Positions 19,163 through 29,765 are shown, numbered from the stretch's first letter. The stretch: DNA of 64,000 nt from an uncultured SAR86 cluster bacterium (GCA_902532015.1 CACAGI010000001.1:57639-121638); one strand, 5' to 3'. Program-made: numbers and translations. The notes: generated by a model not told the origin, from the letters alone.

Positions 19163-20716
19163 TCATGATAATAAAAAACCTACTGCAACTAATGCAAAAC
19201 TTAAAACAATTAAATTAAAAAATCTTTTTTCATTAGATAATTTATTGAGCAATTCTTGATGTCTTGCTTCACTCTCCTTTTGGTAATTCTCAATTTTGCC
19301 TATTTGCTCAACCGCTGTTTCTGCAATTTCTGGAAGTTTTCTAGCCTTCTCTATCCAGCTTAAAGAGTTTTGCTTTGCCCATTCTGCAATTTTCTTTGGA
19401 TCATACCTCTCTGAAATCCAGTTCTTCAAAAAAGGATTAGCTATAGACCAAAAATCTAAAGAAGGGTAAAGCTGTTTGCCTAGGCCTTCAATGTTTATCA
19501 ATGTTTTCTGGAGAAGCATAAGAGAAGGTTGCATGCTAAGATCAAATCTTCTTGCAGAATCAAAAATAAATAGAAGCATTTCTCCAAAATTTATCTTCTC
19601 TAAAGGTTGGTCAAATATAGGTTCACATGCTGCTCTTATAGTATTTTCTAATTCATTTTGTCTGGTAGAAGCATCAACCCACTTTGCTTCTATTAAAATA
19701 CTTGCAACATCCTTAAAGTTTCTTCCAATGACCGCCACTAACATTCTTCCAATTTGGAATTGCTCTTCTTCACTTAAAGTACCGACGATAGCGTAATCTA
19801 CAGCTACATAAGAAGGATTTTCTGGATTTTTAGCATTAATAAATATATTACCTGGGTGCATATCAGCATGAAAAAAATTATCTATAAATACTTGCTTAAG
19901 AAAAATTTCTACTCCTCTTTCTGCTAATAGTTTGAAATCTATTCCTAATCCTCTCAATACATCAATATTATCAACAGGTATTCCTTCTATTCTTTCCATT
20001 ACAAGAATATTCTCAGAAGTTAAATCTATATAAGCTTCAGGAACGTAAAGCAGATTATTGTTTTCAAAGTTTCTTTTAGTTTGTTTAATGTTTGATGCTT
20101 CAAGTTTCATATTTAGTTCCGCAAGAATGACGGATTCATATTCTTGAACTAGCTTTAACAGTTGGAGTCTTCTGGCATCATATGATTTTCTTTCAATATA
20201 TCCTGCCAATCTTTTCATTAAGGATATATCTCTTTGAATAGTTTTCCTTATACCTGGTCTCACCACCTTAATGGCTACTGGACTCCCATCTTCTGCCAGT
20301 TTTGCAGAATAGACTTGGGCGATAGAGGCTGCAGCTATTGGCTTTTCATCAAAATCTGAAAAGACCTCGCTGATTGATCCATCAATCTCTTTCTCTATTA
20401 AGGCAATGGCTTTATCTGTAGGAAAGGGAGGGAGATTGTCTTGTAACGATTTGAGGATTTTAGATATATCTGAAGGTATCGCATCAGGTCTTGTTGAAAG
20501 TAATTGACCAAATTTAATAAAAATAGGACCAGATTCTTCAAGAGCTTTTTTTAGTCTTATACCTCTAGCTGACTTAGAAGAGTAAAGCCTCCAAGGTGAT
20601 ACAAAGAAGAATACGCTTAGAAATATAGGTGTATTGAAATCTTTTAAATCACTATCTATTCTTGCTTTAAGAAAAATATGCAGAATTCTAACTAGACGAA
20701 GAAAGTCTTTAAGCAT
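19163..20716 (-). CDS. ubiB: Ubiquinone biosynthesis regulatory kinase-like protein UbiB
   Basis: 517 aa. It has an ABC1/ADCK atypical kinase domain (GPIFIKFGQLLSTRPD, AAASIAQV, HADMHPGN) and a C-terminal TM segment. Confidence 0.9.
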   Translation of the reverse strand: MLKDFLRLVRILHIFLKARIDSDLKDFNTPIFLSVFFFVSPWRLYSSKSARGIRLKKALEESGPIFIKFGQLLSTRPDAIPSDISKILKSLQDNLPPFPTDKAIALIEKEIDGSISEVFSDFDEKPIAAASIAQVYSAKLAEDGSPVAIKVVRPGIRKTIQRDISLMKRLAGYIERKSYDARRLQLLKLVQEYESVILAELNMKLEASNIKQTKRNFENNNLLYVPEAYIDLTSENILVMERIEGIPVDNIDVLRGLGIDFKLLAERGVEIFLKQVFIDNFFHADMHPGNIFINAKNPENPSYVAVDYAIVGTLSEEEQFQIGRMLVAVIGRNFKDVASILIEAKWVDASTRQNELENTIRAACEPIFDQPLEKINFGEMLLFIFDSARRFDLSMQPSLMLLQKTLINIEGLGKQLYPSLDFWSIANPFLKNWISERYDPKKIAEWAKQNSLSWIEKARKLPEIAETAVEQIGKIENYQKESEARHQELLNKLSNEKRFFNLIVLSFALVAVGFLLS

Positions 20717-21473
20717 CCATCATTCCTTTTTTTCCTGAGTGAATAGCCACAATACCATTAGTTAAGTTATCAAAATTACAATCAGAAAAGCCAGCAGATT
20801 CCATTAGATCTTTAAGTTCTTCTTGGTCGGGGTGCATTCTTATAGACTCGGCCAAGTACCTATAACTTTCCTCGCTTTGAGCTACAAACTCACCTATCTT
20901 TGGAATTACTTCAAAAGAAAAAAGATCATATAACTCTCTCAACAGCTCATTGGTTGGTCTAGAAAACTCTAAAATAATTAACTTTCCTCCAGGTTTTAAA
21001 GAAGAGAGTATTGATTTAAGTGCAGTCTCTTTATTGGTAACGTTTCTTAGACCAAATGCAATTGTAATTAAATCAAAAGTATTCTCTTTAAAAGGTAAAT
21101 GTTGAGCATCTATTTGGGCTATTTGGACATCTTCTATGCCTTGGTCTATTAGCCTATTTCTTCCTTCTTTTAGCATTGACCAGTTTATATCTGACAAAAT
21201 TATAGAACCTTGATGAGAAATTTTGCTTTTCATTAATTTAACCATATCGCCGGTTCCTCCAGCCAAATCTAGAACCTTGAAATGTTCTCTTAAACCAGAA
21301 GTTTCAATTGCAATCTTCTTCCACAGTCTATGGATGCCAAAAGACATAAGGTCATTCATCAAATCATAGTTATCAGCAACAGAATCAAAGACATCTCCTA
21401 CCAAGTCAGCTTTATCAGTCTCTTGAACTTGCCTGAAGCCAAAGTTTGTTTGTTTAGAGTCGCTTGTTGTCAT
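20709..21473 (-). CDS. ubiE: Demethylmenaquinone/ubiquinone C-methyltransferase UbiE
   Basis: 254 aa. It has FGFRQV...V..VFDSVADNYDLMNDLMSFGIHRLWK and the SAM motif VLDLAGGTGD. Confidence 0.92.
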   Translation of the reverse strand: MTTSDSKQTNFGFRQVQETDKADLVGDVFDSVADNYDLMNDLMSFGIHRLWKKIAIETSGLREHFKVLDLAGGTGDMVKLMKSKISHQGSIILSDINWSMLKEGRNRLIDQGIEDVQIAQIDAQHLPFKENTFDLITIAFGLRNVTNKETALKSILSSLKPGGKLIILEFSRPTNELLRELYDLFSFEVIPKIGEFVAQSEESYRYLAESIRMHPDQEELKDLMESAGFSDCNFDNLTNGIVAIHSGKKGMMDA

Positions 21474-21506
21474 AATAAGGGGTAAGTATTCTACTCTAAA
21501 TAATTC

Positions 21507-22358
21507 TCAATCTAAGGATCTATTGGATAGAATTCTATTTATTGATGTGATGTAGGTTTCTATCCTTCTCGTAGCTCCCTTTATTTGTTTTTCTGAGGCC
21601 TTGGAGAAAACGCCCGAAATAATACTAATGCTCATTTGTTCATTAAATTTACGATTTAATTGAAATTCCTCATCACCTAGGTTCTCAAAAGCCCTTAGAT
21701 GATTAATCATAATCTTTTCAAAATCTTGATCATTTCTATTCTTTAATATTTTTATGAATTCTTCTATCCATTTCTCTTGAAAAAAGGCACGCTCAGATCT
21801 AGTATTTTTTAATTCCTTAACGTTTGCTTCTACATATTCTTTTTGAGATTTCGTTAATTTAAAATTCAATCTTCTAAAGCCCGCAATATAGTTTTTAACT
21901 ACTTCTTCGGAATAACTTTTTTCTTTTTTTCTTGATTTCTCTCTCTTAATTTGAATTTCCTCAAAATGATTCTTGATTTCTTCAACCTGAGCATCTGTAA
22001 GCGTTTTAGAAAATTCCACAAAAGATTTTTCAAAATATTTATTTGATCTCTCAAATAGTCCTTGTCCATTTAGATAAGCTTTATTAATTAAATTATCTGC
22101 ATTGCTGTTATTTAAATTTGTTAAGTCAACCAAAACAGATCTAATTATTGGAAGTTCATTGCTAGTAAACCAATTCACATAGTTTTTAGTTACTTTATCA
22201 ATTTCATCTTTTTGTTCATTTGAGAAATTAGCGAATTCCTTGAAATAGTCTGCAAGGTATCCATCAGCTCTTTCATATATCCAGGAGCCCGCAATGGAGC
22301 ATGAACTTAGGATAAATAGTAATGATATTGTTAGATAAATATTAAAATTTCTTTTCAT
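21507..22358 (-). CDS. Hypothetical helical lipoprotein
   Basis: 283 aa with a signal peptide and lipobox-like LSSC. The remainder is lysine/glutamate-rich and helical. I cannot assign a family with confidence. Confidence 0.5.
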   Translation of the reverse strand: MKRNFNIYLTISLLFILSSCSIAGSWIYERADGYLADYFKEFANFSNEQKDEIDKVTKNYVNWFTSNELPIIRSVLVDLTNLNNSNADNLINKAYLNGQGLFERSNKYFEKSFVEFSKTLTDAQVEEIKNHFEEIQIKREKSRKKEKSYSEEVVKNYIAGFRRLNFKLTKSQKEYVEANVKELKNTRSERAFFQEKWIEEFIKILKNRNDQDFEKIMINHLRAFENLGDEEFQLNRKFNEQMSISIISGVFSKASEKQIKGATRRIETYITSINRILSNRSLD

Positions 22359-22404
22359 CTTTGTTAGGGGTTATCACCATTTACAGTTAGAATTCTGACC
22401 GCAA

Positions 22405-22953
22405 ATGCCTGAAACAAAAAAATATCCTACCCTAGTTTGGCTAGATCTTGAAATGACCGGACTTGATCCTGATTCTGAAAGAATTATCGAAATTGCTGTT
22501 GCTGTTACTAATCATGATTTAACAGAGATTAAAGAAGGACCTAATCTAGTTATTAAACAACCAAAAGAATTCATAGACAATATGGATGAGTGGAATACAA
22601 ACCAACACAATAATTCTGGCTTAGTTGAAAGCTTAAAGGTCACAAAAATCACAATTGAAGAGGCAGAAAGACAAACTCTAGAATTTCTTAACTTACATGC
22701 AGAGAAAAGCCTTTCACCTTTGTGTGGTAATTCTATTTCACATGATAGAAGGTTTTTAAGGAGATATATGCCAGAAGTAGAATCATTCTTTCATTACAGG
22801 AATGTTGATGTTAGTTCTATAAAAGAATTATTAAAACGCTGGAACCCCGAGTTATTGGATGGGTATAAGAAGAAAGGAGGCCATCGTGCTATGGCTGATG
22901 TTTTGGAGTCTATTGAGGAATTAAAATTCTACAAAGAGAATTTCTTTATTTAA
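22405..22953 (+). CDS. orn: Oligoribonuclease
   Basis: 182 aa. It has LVWLDLEMTGLDP, GNSISHDRRFL and HRAMADV, the DEDDh exonuclease motifs. Confidence 0.9.
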   Translation: MPETKKYPTLVWLDLEMTGLDPDSERIIEIAVAVTNHDLTEIKEGPNLVIKQPKEFIDNMDEWNTNQHNNSGLVESLKVTKITIEEAERQTLEFLNLHAEKSLSPLCGNSISHDRRFLRRYMPEVESFFHYRNVDVSSIKELLKRWNPELLDGYKKKGGHRAMADVLESIEELKFYKENFFI

Positions 22954-23288
22954 TCAGTTTTTTTACCCGAACCCCCATCCAACATAGGATTTACTAATGG
23001 CATTACTTTAGCACTATCATTTGCTGTTATTTTAGAAATACCTTTTTTATCCACTTCGTCTATTCTCAAAATACAGCTAACGGGTATATAACTTCTTTGC
23101 ACACCTTTGAACTCATTCTTGAGCTTTTCTTCGCTAGTATCTACTACTATTTGAGAGTTTTGGTCAAATATATGATCTTCAATTTCAATAAATCCATACA
23201 TATCACTTTGATATATAGATTTTGCATATATTTCATAAATTTCACCTAATTGTATAAATACTACTTTGTAGATTCCTTTTTTTCCCAT
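22950..23288 (-). CDS. DUF1820-like small protein
   Basis: 112 aa. YKVVFIQLGEIYEIYAKSIYQSDMYGFIEIED resembles the DUF1820 family, which commonly neighbours miaB in gammaproteobacteria. This is from memory. Confidence 0.5.
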   Translation of the reverse strand: MGKKGIYKVVFIQLGEIYEIYAKSIYQSDMYGFIEIEDHIFDQNSQIVVDTSEEKLKNEFKGVQRSYIPVSCILRIDEVDKKGISKITANDSAKVMPLVNPMLDGGSGKKTD

Positions 23289-23354
23289 TACAATTCCTGC
23301 CTTTTTTAAATAAGAAATAACTTATTAGACTTAAAAAGTTATAACATTATACAT

Positions 23355-24683
23355 ATGGGCAAGAAATTATTTATCAAGACCCAGGGCTGTCAAATGAATG
23401 AATACGATTCAGATCGTATGCAAGACTTATTAAATTTAAGCCATGGGTTTGAGACAACTGAAAATGAAGAAGAGGCAGATCTTATACTTCTTAACACTTG
23501 CTCTATAAGAGAAAAGGCACAGGAAAAAGTTTTTCATCAACTAGGAAGGTGGAAAAAACTAAAAGAAAAGAATCCGAATTTAAAGATTGGTGTTGGGGGT
23601 TGCGTAGCAAGTCAAGAAGGCGAGGCTATAGCCAAGAGAGCACCTCAGGTAGATTTAATTTTCGGTCCTCAAACTATCCATAGAGTTCCAACCCTTTATG
23701 AGAACTCAGAAAAACTAGAGACCACTTCAATAGACGTCTCTTTCCCTAAGACTGAAAAATTTGATCATCTACCCTCCTCGCCTGGTCAAGGGCCTTCTGC
23801 ATTTGTCTCTATCATGGAAGGATGTAATAAATATTGTTCCTTTTGTGTAGTACCTCATACTAGAGGAAACGAAATCAGCAGACCCTTAGAAGACATTATT
23901 GAGGAAGTTAAAGGTTTAGCGCTAAAGGGTGTGGTAGAGATAAGTCTTCTCGGTCAAAATGTAAATTCTTATAGAGATTCAAAGGTCAAAACTAAAGGCT
24001 TAGGTCTCTCCAATCTAATAAGAGAGGTATCAGTTATTGAAGGTGTAGAAAGAATTTCATTTACTACCTCACATCCTTTTGAATTTGGGCAAGATTTAAT
24101 AAATATCTATGAAGAGATTCCCGAATTAATTAGTTATGTTCACTTACCTGTTCAGAGCGGCTCTAATGAAATATTAAAATTAATGCGAAGAAGGCATACC
24201 CGAGAGGAATATTTTGAACTTATAGATAAATTAAGAGCAGCAAGGCCTGGAATTAGCTTTTCTTCGGATTTCATTATAGGCTTTCCTGGTGAAACCGATA
24301 AAAATTTTCAAGACACCATGGATCTAGTGGAAAGAGTTTGCTATGACGAATCTTTTAGTTTTATTTACAGCCCAAGACCAAACACAACAGCAAAAGATCT
24401 TGAAGATACAGTGCCTATGGAAGTGAAAAAAGAGAGATTAACTCTACTTCAACAGAAATTAGAAAACTCAGCACTTTCTATAAGCAGAAGGATGGTGGGA
24501 GAAACAAGAAGATGCTTAGTAACAGGTGTTTCGAAGAAAAATCCTGGTGAATTCCAGGCTAGAGCGGATAATAATAAGGTAGTGATATTCTCTTGTAATG
24601 ATCATTCTTTAATAGGAAATTTTGTTGATATAAAAATTGTCCAGGCACAAAATAAATCCATAAGAGGCACGTTGGTTCAATAG
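23355..24683 (+). CDS. miaB: tRNA-2-methylthio-N6-dimethylallyladenosine synthase
   Basis: 442 aa. It has an N-terminal UPF0004 domain (TQGCQMNEYDS), the radical-SAM CxxxCxxC motif (GCNKYCSFCVVP) and a TRAM domain. Confidence 0.93.
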   Translation: MGKKLFIKTQGCQMNEYDSDRMQDLLNLSHGFETTENEEEADLILLNTCSIREKAQEKVFHQLGRWKKLKEKNPNLKIGVGGCVASQEGEAIAKRAPQVDLIFGPQTIHRVPTLYENSEKLETTSIDVSFPKTEKFDHLPSSPGQGPSAFVSIMEGCNKYCSFCVVPHTRGNEISRPLEDIIEEVKGLALKGVVEISLLGQNVNSYRDSKVKTKGLGLSNLIREVSVIEGVERISFTTSHPFEFGQDLINIYEEIPELISYVHLPVQSGSNEILKLMRRRHTREEYFELIDKLRAARPGISFSSDFIIGFPGETDKNFQDTMDLVERVCYDESFSFIYSPRPNTTAKDLEDTVPMEVKKERLTLLQQKLENSALSISRRMVGETRRCLVTGVSKKNPGEFQARADNNKVVIFSCNDHSLIGNFVDIKIVQAQNKSIRGTLVQ

Positions 24684-24694
24684 ACTTAATTTAT

Positions 24695-25639
24695 ATGAAA
24701 TTTCAATTACAACCAGAAGATCACGAAAGAATAAGCAATCTATGTGGACCAACAAATTCAACGCTTAAGCAAATTGAAAAAGAATTAAAAATAAAAATTC
24801 TAAACAGAGGTTCCCAATTTAAGATTGAGGGCGAATCTCCAAATACAAAGCTTGCAAAAGATATAATTTTAAAAATTTATGACGAACTGCAAAACAAAAA
24901 GCAAATACAGCCTAGTGATATACATCTTTATTTAATGAGTGGTATGAATAATCTAAAAAATGGAAAAGATAATCAAGTTTCTGGTATTTCCATAAAAACA
25001 CCTAATGTCAATATTTCTCCAAATGATGGAAACCAAGAAACTTACGTTTCAACTATTAGAAGCAAGGTGCTTACTTTTGGAATTGGTCCAGCAGGAACAG
25101 GAAAAACTTATTTAGCGGTAGCTTTGGCAGTACAGAAATTTGTCACCGGAGAAGTCGAGAAGATACTACTAGTAAGACCTGCAGTAGAAGCAGGAGAGAA
25201 GTTAGGTTTTTTACCAGGCGATTTAAGTCAAAAAGTTGATCCTTATCTTAGGCCTTTGTATGACGCATTATATGAAATGCTAGGTTACAAAGAGGCATCG
25301 CAACTTATAGAAAGGAATATTATAGAAGTAGTACCTTTGGCGTTTATGCGAGGCAGGACTCTAAATAATTCTTTTATTATTTTAGACGAAAGTCAAAATG
25401 CAACAGTGGAGCAAATGAAAATGTTTCTTACCCGTTTTGGGTTTGGATCCAAAGTAGTGGTTACAGGGGATATTACTCAAATAGATCTTCCAAAGAATAC
25501 TCTTTCGGGACTTGTTCATTCGTTAGAAGTACTTAAAAACATCGATGAAGTTGGCTTGGTAGAGTTTGATTCTAAAGATGTAGTAAGGCATGGGCTAGTT
25601 CAGAAAATTGTTGAGGCTTATGGCGAATATACTAAATAA
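24695..25639 (+). CDS. ybeZ: PhoH-like ATPase (YbeZ)
   Basis: 314 aa. It has the Walker A motif GPAGTGKTYLAV and FIILDESQN. Lies in miaB-ybeZ-ybeY-corC-lnt synteny. Confidence 0.88.
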   Translation: MKFQLQPEDHERISNLCGPTNSTLKQIEKELKIKILNRGSQFKIEGESPNTKLAKDIILKIYDELQNKKQIQPSDIHLYLMSGMNNLKNGKDNQVSGISIKTPNVNISPNDGNQETYVSTIRSKVLTFGIGPAGTGKTYLAVALAVQKFVTGEVEKILLVRPAVEAGEKLGFLPGDLSQKVDPYLRPLYDALYEMLGYKEASQLIERNIIEVVPLAFMRGRTLNNSFIILDESQNATVEQMKMFLTRFGFGSKVVVTGDITQIDLPKNTLSGLVHSLEVLKNIDEVGLVEFDSKDVVRHGLVQKIVEAYGEYTK

Positions 25640-26107
25640 GTGACTCTTTCTGTCCCTAACATTCACATTAGTGGAGATCGATCTGAGCTGTTATTCACTC
25701 ATGAAGAAGCTTTATCTTGGTTTGTTTCCTTGCAAGAAGAATATGAGGCTTCAGTAGATCAATTAGGAAATTGTTCCCTGAATATAGCTTTTTTTACTAA
25801 AACTAAGATGCAAGATATGAATAAAAAATTTGCTGGTAAAGACAACCCTACAAACGTTCTATCATTCCCTTCAAATGAAGATATTAAAGGTGTGAGGTTT
25901 TTAGGCGATATAGCTATTTGTTCTGAATTGATAAAAGACGAAGCTACAGCTCAAGGTAAGAACGTCCAACATCATTTAATGCATATTTTTATCCATGGAG
26001 TTTTGCATCTTCTAGGGTTTGATCATGCAGAGCAGTCTTCTGCCGAACAAATGGAAGCTTTAGAGGTTAGAGTATTAAAAAAATTAGGTGTTGCCGATCC
26101 ATATTAA
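25640..26107 (+). CDS. ybeY: rRNA maturation endoribonuclease YbeY
   Basis: 155 aa with a GTG start abutting the ybeZ stop. It has the zinc motif HGVLHLLGFDH. Confidence 0.88.
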   Translation: MTLSVPNIHISGDRSELLFTHEEALSWFVSLQEEYEASVDQLGNCSLNIAFFTKTKMQDMNKKFAGKDNPTNVLSFPSNEDIKGVRFLGDIAICSELIKDEATAQGKNVQHHLMHIFIHGVLHLLGFDHAEQSSAEQMEALEVRVLKKLGVADPY

Positions 26108-26148
26108 AACCATCTATTATGTGCGTGTGTTTATAAATTGACGCGTTA

Positions 26149-27021
26149 ATGAACGACGAACCCCCCAGTACATCAGCTGAGTCCAGTATTAGACTTAGCA
26201 TAAGAAAGAAAATTAAGGATAAGATTAAAGAGGTTTACCAGAACTTTTCTTATAAACCGCAAAACAAAAAAGAACTTGCAGGATCCATAAGAGATTCTAG
26301 TGAAAGAGGTGTCCTAGAAAAAGGAACCCTAAACATGATTGAGGGTGCTTTAAGGGTATCAACTGATAAAGTAAGGGATATCATGATACCTAAACCACAA
26401 ATGGTTTATGTAGATAGTGAGGAGAGCCCTGAAGACTTTTTGCCAAGAGTGGCTGAATCGAGTCACTCAAGATTTCCAGTTATAAACACTGAATTGGACA
26501 AAATAGAAGGTATTTTATTAGCGAAAGACCTTCTTCCCTTCTTTTCTTCAAAAAATATAGACGACTTTGAGCTCTCTAAAAATATTAGACCAGCAATTTT
26601 AATACCTGAAAGCAAAAAACTTAACGTATTGCTTGACGAGTTGAGGGCAGGAAGGAATCACATGGCCATAGTTTTAGATGAATATGGTGGAATTACAGGA
26701 CTCGTGACTATAGAAGACGTTTTAGAAGAAATCGTAGGGGAAATAGAAGATGAACATGATAAAGATAGCGGTACTTTAATAAAAGAAATAGCAAAAGATG
26801 AGTATTTAGTTTCTGCTTTAACTCCCATAGAAATATTTAATGAAAAATTTGAATCCAAACTAAGCGATAAAGACTTTGACACCGTTGGAGGCATAGTTAT
26901 GCATCACTTTGCAAGATTCCCTAAGCCAAATGATGCAATTAATATAGATAATCTTAGATTCATTATAAATTCCATAGAAAGAAGAAGAATTAAAAGAATA
27001 AAAGTTTCAAAGATAGCGTAA
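26149..27021 (+). CDS. corC: CBS-domain Mg/Co efflux-associated protein CorC (YbeX)
   Basis: 290 aa with a CBS pair and a CorC_HlyC C-terminal domain (GIVTIEDVLEEIVGEIEDEHD). Confidence 0.85.
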   Translation: MNDEPPSTSAESSIRLSIRKKIKDKIKEVYQNFSYKPQNKKELAGSIRDSSERGVLEKGTLNMIEGALRVSTDKVRDIMIPKPQMVYVDSEESPEDFLPRVAESSHSRFPVINTELDKIEGILLAKDLLPFFSSKNIDDFELSKNIRPAILIPESKKLNVLLDELRAGRNHMAIVLDEYGGITGLVTIEDVLEEIVGEIEDEHDKDSGTLIKEIAKDEYLVSALTPIEIFNEKFESKLSDKDFDTVGGIVMHHFARFPKPNDAINIDNLRFIINSIERRRIKRIKVSKIA

Positions 27022-27062
27022 TTTTTCTTTCCTAAGAAACAGTCTCTATTTAAGATAAGAAT

Positions 27063-28541
27063 ATGTTAAAGACATATCTTGTCGCTACTATTCTAGGTCT
27101 TCTTTTCTCATTAGGATTCGCTCCTAATGACTTGTGGTTTTTATCAATATTCTCACTAACCTGTGTCCATTTCCTTATACAGAAAAACAACAAAAGAGAA
27201 CTTTTCTTTGTAGGCTATTTTTTTGGAATAGGGCTATGGACTGTAGGCATTTCTTGGTTGTATGTAAGCATTCACTACTATGGAAATATAGGTATATTAT
27301 GGTCTTCTATATTAACGCTTCTTTTTATATTAATTATATCAATTTATTCTGGGCTTACTTTACTACTATATAATTACCTAAGATCAGACTCTAAAATCTT
27401 ATCTATTTTCTCCTTACCAATTGCCTGGATAGTTGTTGAATATTTACGATCAATTCTTTTTACTGGCTTCCCATGGTTGATATCAGGCACTATGTTAGCT
27501 ACTACACCATTAGATGGATGGACTCCAATAATTGGAGCTCAAGGCAATACATTCTTTTTGTTACTTCTCTCTTCTCTTTTTTATCATTTAATTTCAAATT
27601 TAAAATATTATAAAAGCGCCCTACTCTCTCTGATCTTGCTTATGACTTTAGTGGTTTCGAGTTTAGCTTTAAAGAATAAATCATGGACACAATTAGATGG
27701 TTCAGTAATGGCTTCTGTGGTTCAAACTAATTTGGAGTTAAAGCAAAAGTGGAGCACAGAAGGAGTAATTAAAACAAAAAATATGATAGAGGAAGCTATA
27801 GAAAGAGGTGTGGAAGAAGAAATTATAGTATTTCCAGAAACAGCTTTAATTTTTAGTCAGAGTGAGATGGCCGATTGGATAGTTGATATAGACAATCAAG
27901 CTAGGGAAAAAGGTATAACTTTATTAACAGGCATAGTTGAAAGGGAAGATAATTTCAAAGTAAGAAATAGAATATTAGGCCTAGGAGAAGCAGATACTTA
28001 TTATGACAAGATAAAACTAGTTCCATTTGGAGAATTCATTCCTTTTGAGCATCTTACTGGTAAATTATTTGATATATTGGGGCTAAAACTGACAAATACA
28101 CTTCCTGGAGAAGAATTAAACATAATAAATGCTGGAAATATAAGAATTTCAGCTAGTATATGCTATGAAATTGCTTTCCCTGACTTAATTAGGAAAACTG
28201 CTTTTGATAGCAACTTAATCGTTACAATAAGCAATGATACCTGGTTTGGCAGATCTTATGGCCCAATTCAGCACTTAGAAATTGCTCAGAATAGGGCCTT
28301 AGAGCATAAAAAAGCAATTTTAAGGTCCACAAACAGCGGAATAAGTGCATTTATATCAAAAAATGGAGAAATAATAGAAAAACAGAGTTATTTTGAAGAT
28401 AAATTACTCAGAAAAGAGATAAACTTGTATAAGGGTGAGACTTTCTATGCAAAATATGGAAATTTCCCTCTATTTTTAATTATAAGCATTATGTTTATGT
28501 ATTTATTTATTAATAATAGAAAAAATTGTATATTTAATTAG
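27063..28541 (+). CDS. lnt: Apolipoprotein N-acyltransferase
   Basis: 492 aa with multiple N-terminal TM segments and a CN-hydrolase domain (IVFPETAL..., KxxLVPFGEFIP, ICYE). Confidence 0.88.
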   Translation: MLKTYLVATILGLLFSLGFAPNDLWFLSIFSLTCVHFLIQKNNKRELFFVGYFFGIGLWTVGISWLYVSIHYYGNIGILWSSILTLLFILIISIYSGLTLLLYNYLRSDSKILSIFSLPIAWIVVEYLRSILFTGFPWLISGTMLATTPLDGWTPIIGAQGNTFFLLLLSSLFYHLISNLKYYKSALLSLILLMTLVVSSLALKNKSWTQLDGSVMASVVQTNLELKQKWSTEGVIKTKNMIEEAIERGVEEEIIVFPETALIFSQSEMADWIVDIDNQAREKGITLLTGIVEREDNFKVRNRILGLGEADTYYDKIKLVPFGEFIPFEHLTGKLFDILGLKLTNTLPGEELNIINAGNIRISASICYEIAFPDLIRKTAFDSNLIVTISNDTWFGRSYGPIQHLEIAQNRALEHKKAILRSTNSGISAFISKNGEIIEKQSYFEDKLLRKEINLYKGETFYAKYGNFPLFLIISIMFMYLFINNRKNCIFN

Positions 28542-28563
28542 ATAATTAAATTAAAAGGAACAA

Positions 28564-29199
28564 ATGTTATTTAATATATTAATAAGAAAATTTAAATTAC
28601 TAATATTCTTTATTTTATTTTTAAATTCATGCAGTACTATGATTATGGAAAACAATATAAAATATAATAAAAATAGTGTTTTACAATCTATTGCATCTAT
28701 TGATCAATCGTTTAATCAATTGGAATCACTATTGTATGTTGATATAGACAATCAAAACATGTTTTTTTTAAAAAAAGGTACAGTTTTTAAAGTTTATAAG
28801 ATATCAAGCTCATATTATGGTACAGGTAGTGAAGCTAATAGTTTAAAAACCCCACTTGGAAAACATGAGATTTATAGAAAATTGGGTCAGAACCTTCCAG
28901 TTAACGCAATACTAAAGGGAAGGGTGTGGAACGGAGCTATAGCAAATATTATAACTGAAGAAGTGGATACTGATTTTGATCATGTTACATCTAGAATACT
29001 ATGGTTAGACGGCTTAGAAGTAGGTAAAAATAAAGGCAAGGGAATAGACTCTAGGTCGAGGTATATTTATATACATGGTACTGCAGAAGAAGGATTAATA
29101 GGAAAACCTGCCTCAGATGGCTGTATAAGGATGTATAATTCAGACGTAATTGAGTTATTTGAGCTTGTTGAAGAGAAAGCGCAAGTTTGGATATATTAA
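28564..29199 (+). CDS. L,D-transpeptidase (YkuD) family protein, probable lipoprotein
   Basis: 211 aa with a signal peptide and lipobox-like LNSC. It has the catalytic motif IHGT...SDGCIRM. Confidence 0.75.
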   Translation: MLFNILIRKFKLLIFFILFLNSCSTMIMENNIKYNKNSVLQSIASIDQSFNQLESLLYVDIDNQNMFFLKKGTVFKVYKISSSYYGTGSEANSLKTPLGKHEIYRKLGQNLPVNAILKGRVWNGAIANIITEEVDTDFDHVTSRILWLDGLEVGKNKGKGIDSRSRYIYIHGTAEEGLIGKPASDGCIRMYNSDVIELFELVEEKAQVWIY

Positions 29200-29222
29200 G
29201 ATTCTACAAAAAAGGGATTTAT

Positions 29223-29750
29223 ATGAAGAAGTTATTTATATTTATATTATTGTTTATTGGAAATTACATTTATTCTGATTGTCCAAAGGTTTTAGACCAT
29301 GATATTAGAATACTTGATTCGACAGAATCAGTTAATCTTTGTAAATATGAAGATAAAGTTATTCTTGCAGTTAATGTTGCTAGCAGATGTGGCTTTACAT
29401 ACCAATATAAATCATTACAAGCACTGTACGAAAAATATGGTACTGAAGACTTTGTAATTTTAGGCTTTCCTTCAAGGGATTTTATGTTTCAGGAATATAA
29501 CGATGAATCAAAAGTAAAAGATTTTTGTAGTACAGAGTATGGCGTAACTTTTCCAATGTTTGCCACCTCTTCTGTAAAAGGCAACAAAGCCAACTCCTTC
29601 TTTAAAGCATTAACAAAAGAGTCTGGAGTTAAACCTGGTTGGAACTTTCATAAGTACCTAATTTCCAGGCAGGGATCAGTTGAAAGCTTTGATAAGTCTA
29701 TAGAGCCAGATAGCGATTTAATGATAAAAGAAATATCAAAATTACTTTAG
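29223..29750 (+). CDS. Glutathione peroxidase family protein (Cys type), secreted
   Basis: I prefer the ATG at 29223 (MKKLFIFILLF, preceded by AAGGGA). It has VNVASRCGFTYQY (a TGT Cys codon, not TGA), LGFPSRDF and WNFHKYL. Confidence 0.85.
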   Translation: MKKLFIFILLFIGNYIYSDCPKVLDHDIRILDSTESVNLCKYEDKVILAVNVASRCGFTYQYKSLQALYEKYGTEDFVILGFPSRDFMFQEYNDESKVKDFCSTEYGVTFPMFATSSVKGNKANSFFKALTKESGVKPGWNFHKYLISRQGSVESFDKSIEPDSDLMIKEISKLL

Positions 29751-29765
29751 TAAAGTAAGTACTTA

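Noticed and set aside
29223-29750. A possible selenocysteine in the glutathione peroxidase.
   Set aside because: The active-site codon in VASRCGF is TGT (Cys), and the ORF is uninterrupted by an in-frame TGA.
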